NCBI GenBank assembly: GCA_045636205.1
Contig: JAZTXE010000058.1
Location: 1-57,315 of the forward strand
Source: Eubacteriales bacterium
GTDB taxonomy: Bacteria > Bacillota > Clostridia > Oscillospirales > JAAYXM01
Length of the DNA: 57,315 nt
Reading direction: 5' to 3'
A program made the translations under genes and the position numbers. The notes under the pieces were generated by a model, which saw nothing but the letters and a program-made list of their open reading frames with translations, ran no database searches and had not been told where the DNA came from. Below, piece by piece: positions 26,822 to 34,953 of this stretch. The stretch's first letter is position 1; each line of letters begins with the position of its first letter.

Positions 26822-28645
26822 ATGGGTTTTGAAAAAGTAGATGTTCATGACAAAGCTCTTTCTTTGCCGTCTAAACCGGGTGTTTACCTTATGCTTGATA
26901 AAAACCGCGAGGTAATATACGTCGGCAAAGCGAAAAAACTTATAAACCGCGTGAGTTCGTATTTTCGTGAAAATCCAAACCATAATTATAAAACCGCTGT
27001 CATGGTGCGTCAGGTATGGGATTTTGATTATATTGTTACGGACACGGAATTTGAAGCGCTGGTTCTGGAAAACTCACTTATTAAGCGACATATGCCGAAG
27101 TATAATATTCTGCTCAAGGATGATAAGGGGTATCCGTTTATACGTTTAAGTTCAGATGAGCCGTACCCAAGGTTTTCAATAGTGTCAAAACCGGGTGACG
27201 ATAAGGCGAGATATTTTGGACCTTATAGCGGCCGCAGTTACTCAAAACAGGCGATAGAAGCGGTCAGCCAGGCGCTCGGACTTCCGCGCTGCTCGCGGAA
27301 GTTCCCGCGCGATATAGGCAAGGACAGACCGTGCCTTAACTATCATTTAGGCAAGTGCAGTGCAGTGTGCTCAGGTAAAATAAGCCAAAGTGAATACCGC
27401 GCAATGATTGACAAGGCGGTAATGATTTTTGAGGGAAAACTTGATATAATAGTAGAGGAAATGAAAGAGCGCATGGAAAATCATGCGGAACTTCTTGAGT
27501 TTGAAAAGGCGGCAAAGCTTCGCGACCAGATAAACGCGATAAGTAAATTAGGCGTGCGCCAGAAAGTTATGAGCGGTATTCTTTCGGATACGGATGTAAT
27601 AGCCGTGCATACCGGTGCGAGCAAAACCGCATTTGCCGTGCTAAACTATATTGACGGTGCTCTTCTTGAAAGGCATGTTCATGTTATGGATACTCCGGTT
27701 TATGCCGACCGTGCTGAGCTTATGGCGGGCTTTTTAAAACAGTATTATATGCCGCGCAAGGTTTTTCCAAAGAATATTTATGTTTCGGATGCGCCTGAGG
27801 ATGCGGAGGTATTTGAAAAGTGGCTTAGCGATATAGGCGGAAGCCGAGTGTATATAACCGCGCCGCAGCGTGGGGACAAGCTCAAGCTTGTTGAGATGGC
27901 AGCGGAAAATGCGCGTGAGAATATACGCATGACCGAGGACCGAGAAGAGATCGCAAACCGGACTCTTGAGGATTTAAAAAGCCTTTTGGGACTATCAAAG
28001 CTTCCAGCACGTATAGAAGCATACGATATTTCAAATACTGCGGGCAAGGAGATTGTAGGCTCGATGGTGGTTTATAAAAACGGTGAGCCGCGGAAAAGGG
28101 ATTACCGCAGATTTAAAATAGAAACTCTTTCAGATCAGGACGATTGCGCGGCGATGCGTGAGATGCTCGGTCGGAGATTAGCTCGCATGCAGGAAGGTGA
28201 CGAAAAGTTTTCCGAGGTTCCAGATTTGATATTGCTCGACGGCGGTATAACCCAGACGGGTGCGGTGCGCTCTCTCATGCAGGATATGGGAGTGGATATA
28301 CCGACTTTCGGTATGGTAAAAGATGACCGGCACAGAACGCGCGCGATAGTAAATCATAAGGGTGAGGAAATAGGAATTTCGGCAAACCCTGCGGTATTCA
28401 GGCTTATCGGGAGTATCCAGGAGGAGGTCCATAGATTTGCCATAGAGTACCACCGCAAGCTAAGGGACGCGGCGGTATCATCGTCAAGCCTTGAGAAAAT
28501 ACAGGGGGTAGGAAAAGTGCGAGCAGGGGCTTTGCTCAGGAAATTTAAAAGTATAGCAAACATTAAAAATGCATCGCGTGAGGAATTGGCGGCTGTCGTG
28601 CCGAGCGATGTGGCAGATGAGATATACATGCATTTTCACAAATAA
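26822..28645 (+). CDS. uvrC: Excinuclease ABC subunit C
   Basis: GIY-YIG N-terminus (PGVYLMLDKNREVIYVGKAKKL.NRV.SYF), a UVR domain (EFEKAAKLRDQI), an endonuclease V-like domain and a C-terminal (HhH)2. ATG at 26822 after GAGGT. Confidence 0.95.
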   Translation: MGFEKVDVHDKALSLPSKPGVYLMLDKNREVIYVGKAKKLINRVSSYFRENPNHNYKTAVMVRQVWDFDYIVTDTEFEALVLENSLIKRHMPKYNILLKDDKGYPFIRLSSDEPYPRFSIVSKPGDDKARYFGPYSGRSYSKQAIEAVSQALGLPRCSRKFPRDIGKDRPCLNYHLGKCSAVCSGKISQSEYRAMIDKAVMIFEGKLDIIVEEMKERMENHAELLEFEKAAKLRDQINAISKLGVRQKVMSGILSDTDVIAVHTGASKTAFAVLNYIDGALLERHVHVMDTPVYADRAELMAGFLKQYYMPRKVFPKNIYVSDAPEDAEVFEKWLSDIGGSRVYITAPQRGDKLKLVEMAAENARENIRMTEDREEIANRTLEDLKSLLGLSKLPARIEAYDISNTAGKEIVGSMVVYKNGEPRKRDYRRFKIETLSDQDDCAAMREMLGRRLARMQEGDEKFSEVPDLILLDGGITQTGAVRSLMQDMGVDIPTFGMVKDDRHRTRAIVNHKGEEIGISANPAVFRLIGSIQEEVHRFAIEYHRKLRDAAVSSSSLEKIQGVGKVRAGALLRKFKSIANIKNASREELAAVVPSDVADEIYMHFHK

Positions 28646-28659
28646 GGAGGAGTTTTAAG

Positions 28660-29202
28660 ATGAGAGTAATTACCGGTTCTGCGAGGGGACGCAAGATTAA
28701 AACCTTGGAGGGAATGGACACGCGCCCGACTACGGACAGAATAAAGGAGTCTATTTTCAATATAATTCAGTTTGACGTTGAGGGAAGACGTGTACTCGAT
28801 TTGTTTGCCGGTAGCGGGCAGATGGCGATAGAAGCTATAAGCCGAGGTGCAAAGTCTGCGGTAGCTATTGACAGTGCGTCTGCCGCGGTAGCTGTAATAC
28901 GCGAAAACGTAAAGACCTGCGGTTTTCAGAATGAGATTCAGGTAACTCAGGCGGATTTTAAAAGTTTTTTGAAAGCTGCACCCGGCAAGTTCGATTTGAT
29001 ATTTTTAGATCCGCCTTATCGCAATGAAATGATAAATCAGGCGCTTGAATTAATCGAGCAGATTGACATATTGTCAGAAGGTGGTATAATAGTATGTGAA
29101 ACCGAGCGTGATAAACGCCTTATAGATGTATCCGCTCCTTATGAAAAGGGGCGCGAATACTTGTACGGTAAGAGCAAAATCACAATCTATCGGAAGGGGT
29201 AA
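28660..29202 (+). CDS. rsmD: 16S rRNA (guanine966-N2)-methyltransferase
   Basis: 180 aa. MRVITGSARGRKIKT...RPTTDRIKESIFN...LDLFAGSG...FLDPPY motifs. Confidence 0.9.
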   Translation: MRVITGSARGRKIKTLEGMDTRPTTDRIKESIFNIIQFDVEGRRVLDLFAGSGQMAIEAISRGAKSAVAIDSASAAVAVIRENVKTCGFQNEIQVTQADFKSFLKAAPGKFDLIFLDPPYRNEMINQALELIEQIDILSEGGIIVCETERDKRLIDVSAPYEKGREYLYGKSKITIYRKG

Positions 29203-29206
29203 GGTA

Positions 29207-29698
29207 ATGAAACTGGCTATTTGTCCGGGTAGCTTTGACCCTATTACCATGGGGCATTTGGATATAATCCGGCGCGCAGCTGCGATTTTTGATAAAGTGG
29301 TCGTTATGGTCATGGTCAATGCTAAAAAGACGAAAACTTGCCTTTTCACAGCCGAGGAGCGTGTCGAGCTTATAAAACGTGCAACCTCGGATATTCCGAA
29401 TGTTTCAGTCGAGTTTTCAGGAAAACTTCTTGCGCAACTCGCGCAGGAAAAGGGCGAGTGCGTAGTCGTTAAGGGACTGCGCGTTATAAGCGATTTTGAG
29501 AGCGAATTTCAGATGGCGCTTATAAACCGCCGCCTGAACAAGGAACTTGAGACTGTGTTTTTGCCGACGTCGGAGGAGTATTTGTATTTATCGTCAAGCT
29601 TAGTAAAAGAAGTTTGCAGCTTGGGTGGGGATATTTCCGGTTTTATTCCGAGCGAAATTTTACGTGATGTGCAAAATAAAATTGCAGGAGGGGTTTAA
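29207..29698 (+). CDS. coaD: Phosphopantetheine adenylyltransferase
   Basis: MKLAICPGSFDPITMGHLDII start (T/HxGH), ...KGLRVISDFE.E...A..N, and ISSSLVKE. The track start at 29126 is inside rsmD. Confidence 0.95.
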   Translation: MKLAICPGSFDPITMGHLDIIRRAAAIFDKVVVMVMVNAKKTKTCLFTAEERVELIKRATSDIPNVSVEFSGKLLAQLAQEKGECVVVKGLRVISDFESEFQMALINRRLNKELETVFLPTSEEYLYLSSSLVKEVCSLGGDISGFIPSEILRDVQNKIAGGV

Positions 29699-29699
29699 T

Positions 29700-30173
29700 T
29701 TGGCAAGCAGAATAGACGAATTGGTAGATATGCTTTATGATATGGTGTCGGACGCATGGGCGCTTCCGCTCAGTGGTGAGAAGTGTCTGCTCGAAAGGGA
29801 TAAGGCGCTTGACCTTATCGAAGAAATTCGCGCTAATTTACCCAAGGATTTGGAGACTGCTCATCGTATAGTTGAGGACCGCAATGTTATTTTGGCGGAA
29901 GCTAAGCGCGAGGCTGAGTCTATAAAGCGGGCGGCGGAAGAACGCGCGCGCCATATGGTAGCTGAGGATGAAATCCTTATCACCGCACGTCAGAAAGCCA
30001 ACGAGCTTACGACGGTTGCGGAAACCAGAAGCCGCGATATTTGCAGAGCTGCAAACGAGTATGTTGAGGACATGCTTTTGCGTGTTGAGGATGTAATGAA
30101 GCAGGCTCTTGAGGAGACGCGCAAATCCCGCCAGCAATTTAAAAGCTTAAGCAATAATAAAAAAGAAGACTAA
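29700..30173 (+). CDS. Conserved coiled-coil protein of unknown function (homologs are often annotated 'ATPase' or V-ATPase subunit H-like downstream of coaD)
   Basis: TTG start 8 nt after GCAGGAGGGG, 1 nt after the coaD stop. About 157 aa, strongly helical and charged (AEAKREAESIKRAAEERARHMV...). The function call is weak. Confidence 0.6.
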   Translation: MASRIDELVDMLYDMVSDAWALPLSGEKCLLERDKALDLIEEIRANLPKDLETAHRIVEDRNVILAEAKREAESIKRAAEERARHMVAEDEILITARQKANELTTVAETRSRDICRAANEYVEDMLLRVEDVMKQALEETRKSRQQFKSLSNNKKED

Positions 30174-30190
30174 ACCATAAACGAAATTTA

Positions 30191-30238
30191 AAACGCAGAT
30201 TGGCTTTAAAAAGCTAATCTGCGTTTTTTTATTTTTTT
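30191..30238 (+). terminator. Strong Rho-independent terminator ending the uvrC-rsmD-coaD operon
   Basis: 15-16 bp stem AAACGCAGATTGGCTT / AAGCTAATCTGCGTTT, followed by TTTTTATTTTTTT. Confidence 0.85.
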
Positions 30239-30397
30239 CGGCAGTTTGACAATGGTGAGAATCAAAAAACAATAAAATTAAATGGGATGAATTGCCTTTT
30301 TAAACATCGTAAACTATCTGTGGTGTACATGACTGTACATATACCACAATCTGTTGTGGTATGTCGAAAATGCATAAAATGCCCCACTTTGCACCAT

Positions 30398-30411
30398 CGA
30401 ACAGTTGTTCG
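30398..30411. promoter_or_regulatory. LexA (Cheo/DinR-type) SOS box
   Basis: CGAAC-AGTT-GTTCG: a perfect match to the Firmicute CGAAC-N4-GTTCG inverted repeat. Confidence 0.5.
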
Positions 30412-30506
30412 TGTAAAAATGAACAAATAGAGTTTGAAATTGGCAAAATTTGCGTAAAACTATCAAAAAAATCTAATTTTATTTACTAAAAAAATTATTT
30501 TTACTA

Positions 30507-30535
30507 TTGCATTTTTCTGAAAAAATTAGTATAAT
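30507..30535 (+). promoter_or_regulatory. Sigma-A promoter of the mraZ/dcw operon
   Basis: TTGCAT (30507-30512), 17 nt, TATAAT (30530-30535). Confidence 0.65.
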
Positions 30536-30541
30536 ATTAAC

Positions 30542-30590
30542 AAAGTGGTGCGAAGTGGTGCACTAGTGGATGAAGATGCATTAAAGTGGT
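30542..30590 (+). promoter_or_regulatory. MraZ operator: phased direct repeats of (A/G)AGTGG
   Basis: AAAGTGGTG (30542), GAAGTGGTG (30552), CTAGTGGAT (30563), degenerate AAGATG (30573) and AAAGTGGTT (30583). The spacing is 10-11 bp, between the -10 and the mraZ RBS. Confidence 0.6.
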
Positions 30591-30607
30591 TTAAGGAGGT
30601 GCAGGAA

Positions 30608-31018
30608 TTGAGAGGCGAATATACACATAGTCTTGACGCTAAGGGACGTCTGTTTATTCCTGCGAAATTCCGTGAAGAGCTTGGTTTTTCATTCGTAGTT
30701 ACAAAGGGCTTGGGCGAGTGCCTGGCGGTTTACCCGATGCAGGAGTGGACAAGCTTTGAAGAGAAAATCAGAAGCCTTCCCACTAAAAAGGCACGTCAGC
30801 TTCAGATGTTCTTTATTGCATCAGCTCAGGATTGTGAAATCGACGGTCAAGGGCGCGTGCTTATATCTCAGAAGCTGCGCGAATATGCAGGACTAAATAA
30901 AAATGTGGTTATAGCCGGTATGACAAACTACATGGAAATCTGGGATGAGGATAAGTGGAACGATATGTCCCTTACTCCGGATGCCATTGCTGATATTATG
31001 GAGGAGAGCGGAATATGA
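30608..31018 (+). CDS. mraZ: Division/cell wall cluster transcriptional regulator MraZ
   Basis: TTG start 9 nt after AAGGAGG gives (M)RGEYTHSLDAKGRLFIPAKFR, the canonical MraZ N-terminus. A second SpoVT-AbrB repeat is at CEIDGQGRVLISQKLR. The track start at 30545 lies inside the operator repeats. Confidence 0.92.
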   Translation: MRGEYTHSLDAKGRLFIPAKFREELGFSFVVTKGLGECLAVYPMQEWTSFEEKIRSLPTKKARQLQMFFIASAQDCEIDGQGRVLISQKLREYAGLNKNVVIAGMTNYMEIWDEDKWNDMSLTPDAIADIMEESGI

Positions 31019-31962
31019 GCATAGAGTGTGCGCATAAACCGGTTCTTCTGGATGAATGCATTGAGGCACTTGCGATACGCTCCGACGGTGTGTATGTGGA
31101 TGGAACATTGGGAAGAGCGGGGCATTCCTCCGAGATTGTAAAAAAACTTGGTGCAGGCGGGTGCCTGATAGGAATTGACCGTGATTCGGATGCGATTGAA
31201 GCGGGAAATAAACGCCTTGGTGAGTATAAAGATAAGGTTAAATTATATCACGGAAACTTCCGGGATATGGCGTACATACTTGATGAGCTTAAGGTGAGTG
31301 GGGCGGACGGAATTCTCCTGGATTTGGGTGTTTCCTCGCCACAGCTTGACGAAGCTGAGCGTGGTTTTTCTTATATGGAGGACGCGCCGCTTGATATGAG
31401 GATGGACAGGTCCTGCGGTATGACGGCTGCAGAGCTTGTAAACACAGCGGCAGAAGAAGAGCTTGCGCGTATTCTCTTTGAATATGGCGAAGAGCGATAC
31501 TCGCGCCGCGTAGCGGGTAACATTGTACGTTATCGCGAGAAGAAAAAGATAGAAACAACGCTTGAGCTTGTCGGGATTATAAAAAGTGCGATGCCGTCAT
31601 CCGCACTCAGGGAAAAGCAACATCCGGCGAAGAGAAGCTTTCAGGCACTGCGAATAGCCGTAAATGATGAGCTCGGAGCACTTACTCAGGTTCTTGAAAA
31701 TGCAGTCGGATGCTTAAACGCGGGCGGACGGCTTGCGATAATAACATTTCATTCGCTTGAGGACAGATTGGTTAAAAAAAGCTTTAAGCAGATGGCAAAT
31801 CCGTGTACATGCCCGCCGGAGATTCCGATGTGCGTATGCGGGAAAAAGCCGCTGATAGATATTGTGACCGGAAAGCCGATAGTGCCGACTCCGGAAGAGA
31901 TTGAAAGAAACCCAAGAGCGCGCAGCGCAAAGCTCAGAGTGGCGATAAAGAGAGATTTATAA
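31015..31962 (+). CDS. rsmH: 16S rRNA (cytosine1402-N4)-methyltransferase
   Basis: HKPVLLDE, YVDGTLGRAGHS, DLGVSSPQLD, RGFSY and FHSLEDR motifs. ATGA overlap with the mraZ stop. Confidence 0.95.
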   Translation: MSIECAHKPVLLDECIEALAIRSDGVYVDGTLGRAGHSSEIVKKLGAGGCLIGIDRDSDAIEAGNKRLGEYKDKVKLYHGNFRDMAYILDELKVSGADGILLDLGVSSPQLDEAERGFSYMEDAPLDMRMDRSCGMTAAELVNTAAEEELARILFEYGEERYSRRVAGNIVRYREKKKIETTLELVGIIKSAMPSSALREKQHPAKRSFQALRIAVNDELGALTQVLENAVGCLNAGGRLAIITFHSLEDRLVKKSFKQMANPCTCPPEIPMCVCGKKPLIDIVTGKPIVPTPEEIERNPRARSAKLRVAIKRDL

Positions 31963-31980
31963 GAGAGGAAGTTTTAAAGC

Positions 31981-32493
31981 ATGCAGGCAGCAGTAAAAAC
32001 AAAGGTAGGATATGATATATCCCGTTTTGATGACCGTATGTCAGTGCGTGTCCGCCGCGGAAAGGCAGATGCCGAGGAAAAGGTAAAGAGTAAATCCAAA
32101 AAGGCTGCCAAGGTAAAGCCGGCGGTTTCCGCATTCGGTGTATTCAGCTTTATGGCATGTATGGCAATGGTACTACTTACACTTTTCAGCTATGTGCAGC
32201 TTACCGAGCTTTCCGACACTACCATACGCCTGCAAAATGAGCTTGAAACTCTGCGTGAGGAGAATCAGCTTCTCGAGATAGAAAATGACCGCAAATTCAG
32301 TGCGGAGAAGATTAAAGAAGAAGCGGTGGGACGCCTCGGAATGCAGAAGCTCGACAAATCTCAGATTACCTATTTGGATATGGGTTCAGGTAACCATGTT
32401 GAAATAATGGGCGGCACTCAGCTGATGAGGGAGTCGAATGTTATCGCGGGAATTGTTAATGGTTTCCGTTGGATAGTGGAATATATTAATTAA
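31981..32493 (+). CDS. ftsL: Cell division protein FtsL-like (bitopic, coiled-coil)
   Basis: 170 aa with a basic N-terminus, a single TM (FGVFSFMACMAMVLLTLFSYV), then a leucine-zipper-like LQNELETLREENQLLEIEN. It sits at the conserved dcw position after rsmH. Confidence 0.7.
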   Translation: MQAAVKTKVGYDISRFDDRMSVRVRRGKADAEEKVKSKSKKAAKVKPAVSAFGVFSFMACMAMVLLTLFSYVQLTELSDTTIRLQNELETLREENQLLEIENDRKFSAEKIKEEAVGRLGMQKLDKSQITYLDMGSGNHVEIMGGTQLMRESNVIAGIVNGFRWIVEYIN

Positions 32494-32655
32494 TAGAGGC
32501 ATACTCATAAGGATGAGTAAAAAGTCTGATAAGGACTTACGCGTAGAAAGCTTTCCGGCCGCAGGTGATGTTTAATTTGGAATTCATGCACCTTATGGCA
32601 GGAAAGCCTTTTGGCTTTAAATGAACACCTGTAATTTCAAACGGAGGTAAGCGAT

Positions 32656-34920
32656 ATGGCAAGCATGAGACCTAATAACGGTATTCTTATAAGAACGATA
32701 ATCGTTATGGTCGTGTTTGCTTTTTTAGCCTTTGTGCCGATAGTTATAAAGCTTGCTAAAATACAGCTTGTGGACTATAAAACCTATCAGGCTAAGGCTA
32801 TAGAGCAGCAGACACGCGACACGATTATAACGCCCAAACGCGGTATTATATACGATCGCAACATGAATGAGGTTGCCATAAGCGCGACTGCAGAGACCGT
32901 GTATATATCACCTGTTGATATTGAAACCGAGGAGCAGGCAGAGAAAATCTCCCGCGTGCTCTCCGAAACTCTTGAGCTTGATTATAACTCCGTTTATGAG
33001 AAAACCCAGAAGAAAAAAAGCTATTACCAGGTTATAAAAAAGAAAATCGACCGCGATGTGGCTACGCGTCTGAGGGAGAGAATAAAAGAAGCCAAGGTAA
33101 AGGGAATCCACTTGACAGAGGATACCAAGAGGTATTATCCGCTGGGTAATTTCGCTTCTCAGATTATAGGCTTCTGTGGCGATGAAAACACCGGACTCAT
33201 GGGAATTGAGGCGATGTACGAGGACCATCTTAAGGGTATGCCCGGGCGTATTATAGCCGCGAAAAACGCAAAGGGCACCGAAATGCCGTTTAAGTATGAG
33301 GAGTATTTTGACGCACAGAACGGCCAAAGCGTGGTTCTTACGATTGATGAAAACATCCAGCAGATACTTGAGAAGCATCTGGGCACCGCGGTTATTGACT
33401 CAAAGGCGCAACAGCGCGGAGCCGGAATAGTTTTGGATGTAAAGACCGGTGAAATACTTGCCATGGCAACTATGGGTGACTTTGACTTAAACGACCCGTT
33501 TACAATTACGGATGAAAGCGCGTTGGCGCGTATTGAGGCGGCAAGCGAGGACGAAAAAAAGAAGGTTCGCAGCAATGAGCTCAACGCGTCGTGGAGAAAT
33601 AAGTCGATTTCCGATGCGTATGAGCCGGGTTCGGTATTTAAGATACTCACTATAGCGATGGCTCTTGAGGAAGGCGTTGTAACTCCGCAGAGCACGTTTA
33701 AGTGCCCGGGTGTAACGGTTGTGGCGGACAGACGAATTCACTGCTGGAAACGCGAGGGTCACGGTACGGTAACGCTTTCGCAGGCGCTCGAGAATTCGTG
33801 TAACTGCGCACTCATGGAGATTGCATCACGAATCGGAAATCAAAAGTTTTATGACTATGTCACCGCGTTTGGTTTAAGGGAGAAAACCGGTGTTGACTTG
33901 CCCGGAGAGGCGACGGGTTATTTCTTTAAAGAGAGCGATTTTACAAACCCAAAGAACAAAGTAAGCCTTGCGGTTGCATCCTTCGGTCAGACCTTTAAGG
34001 TTACACCCATGCAGATTGCTTGTGCAGTAAGCGCGGTTGTAAATGATGGAAAGCTCATGAAACCGCATCTGGTAAAAGAGATTTTAGACGCTGACGGCGC
34101 GGTTGTTAAAAAGTACGAGCCCGAGCTCGTGCGTCAGATAATATCCTCGGAAAGCTCAGAGTTCATCTGCTCATCGCTTGAAAAGGTTGTATCCACCGGT
34201 ACAGGTAAGAACGCATATGTTCGCGGGTACCGTGTAGGCGGCAAGACAGGTACATCTGAAAAGGTTGACGAATACGTCGCGGGCGAGCCGGAGAAATACG
34301 TAGCATCGTTTTTAGGTGTTGCGCCTATGGATGACCCGCGATATGCAATTCTGGTTCTTATAGACACCCCGACCGGAATGTATGTTGAAGGAAGCCAGGT
34401 CGCGGCACCGGTTGCGGGAAAGGTGTTCACCGAAATCCTGCCGTATCTCGGAATAGAGCCGGTTTACACGGAGGATGAAAAGGTTGTTGGCGATATTATA
34501 ATGCCGCAGCTTGTCGGCTCAAAGGGCGGCGATGCAAAGACGCTGCTTGGCTCGAAGCGATACTCAGAGCTCAAGGTCAAAACCGTGGGCGAGGGAGAAA
34601 CCGTAACCGACCAGATACCCGCATACGGAACTAAGATTCCGGGTAATTCACAAGTTATACTTTACTTGGGCGGGAAATCTGAAAATACATTGGTCGAAGT
34701 CCCCAATCTTATAGGAATGACACCCGAGGAAGCTAACCGCGTACTCTCAAACGCCGGCTTGTATTTAGATGCTACAGGCGCGGTTTCCAAGAAAAGCGGA
34801 AACGTAACCGCGTCTATGCAGAGATACGCTGCGGGCACAAAGGTACAAATAGGAACGGTTGTAACCGTTGAGTTTTACGCGACGGACGGTGTGCAGGAAG
34901 GCATTACCGGAAATATGTAG
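32656..34920 (+). CDS. Class B penicillin-binding protein (FtsI/PBP2B/SpoVD family) with two C-terminal PASTA domains
   Basis: 754 aa with an N-terminal TM and a PBP dimerisation domain. Transpeptidase motifs are SVFK (SxxK) and KTGT. Two PASTA repeats: IMPQLVGSKGGDAKTLL... and VEVPNLIGMTPEEANRVL.... Confidence 0.93.
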   Translation: MASMRPNNGILIRTIIVMVVFAFLAFVPIVIKLAKIQLVDYKTYQAKAIEQQTRDTIITPKRGIIYDRNMNEVAISATAETVYISPVDIETEEQAEKISRVLSETLELDYNSVYEKTQKKKSYYQVIKKKIDRDVATRLRERIKEAKVKGIHLTEDTKRYYPLGNFASQIIGFCGDENTGLMGIEAMYEDHLKGMPGRIIAAKNAKGTEMPFKYEEYFDAQNGQSVVLTIDENIQQILEKHLGTAVIDSKAQQRGAGIVLDVKTGEILAMATMGDFDLNDPFTITDESALARIEAASEDEKKKVRSNELNASWRNKSISDAYEPGSVFKILTIAMALEEGVVTPQSTFKCPGVTVVADRRIHCWKREGHGTVTLSQALENSCNCALMEIASRIGNQKFYDYVTAFGLREKTGVDLPGEATGYFFKESDFTNPKNKVSLAVASFGQTFKVTPMQIACAVSAVVNDGKLMKPHLVKEILDADGAVVKKYEPELVRQIISSESSEFICSSLEKVVSTGTGKNAYVRGYRVGGKTGTSEKVDEYVAGEPEKYVASFLGVAPMDDPRYAILVLIDTPTGMYVEGSQVAAPVAGKVFTEILPYLGIEPVYTEDEKVVGDIIMPQLVGSKGGDAKTLLGSKRYSELKVKTVGEGETVTDQIPAYGTKIPGNSQVILYLGGKSENTLVEVPNLIGMTPEEANRVLSNAGLYLDATGAVSKKSGNVTASMQRYAAGTKVQIGTVVTVEFYATDGVQEGITGNM

Positions 34921-34953
34921 TCGTAAAGGAAGCTGTAAAGGAGGAGCTACAGG

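Noticed and set aside
30262-30489. Micro-ORFs next to the LexA box: 37 aa on the minus strand (30262-30375, GGGG 6 nt before the ATG) and 42 aa on the plus strand (30361-30489). I considered them as possible SOS-induced division-inhibitor peptides.
   Set aside because: The plus-strand ORF has no RBS. The minus-strand ORF has no convincing promoter, and its coding region coincides with the palindromic/direct-repeat DNA block, which looks regulatory. Neither has a credible transmembrane segment. They are worth re-checking only if ribosome profiling is available.
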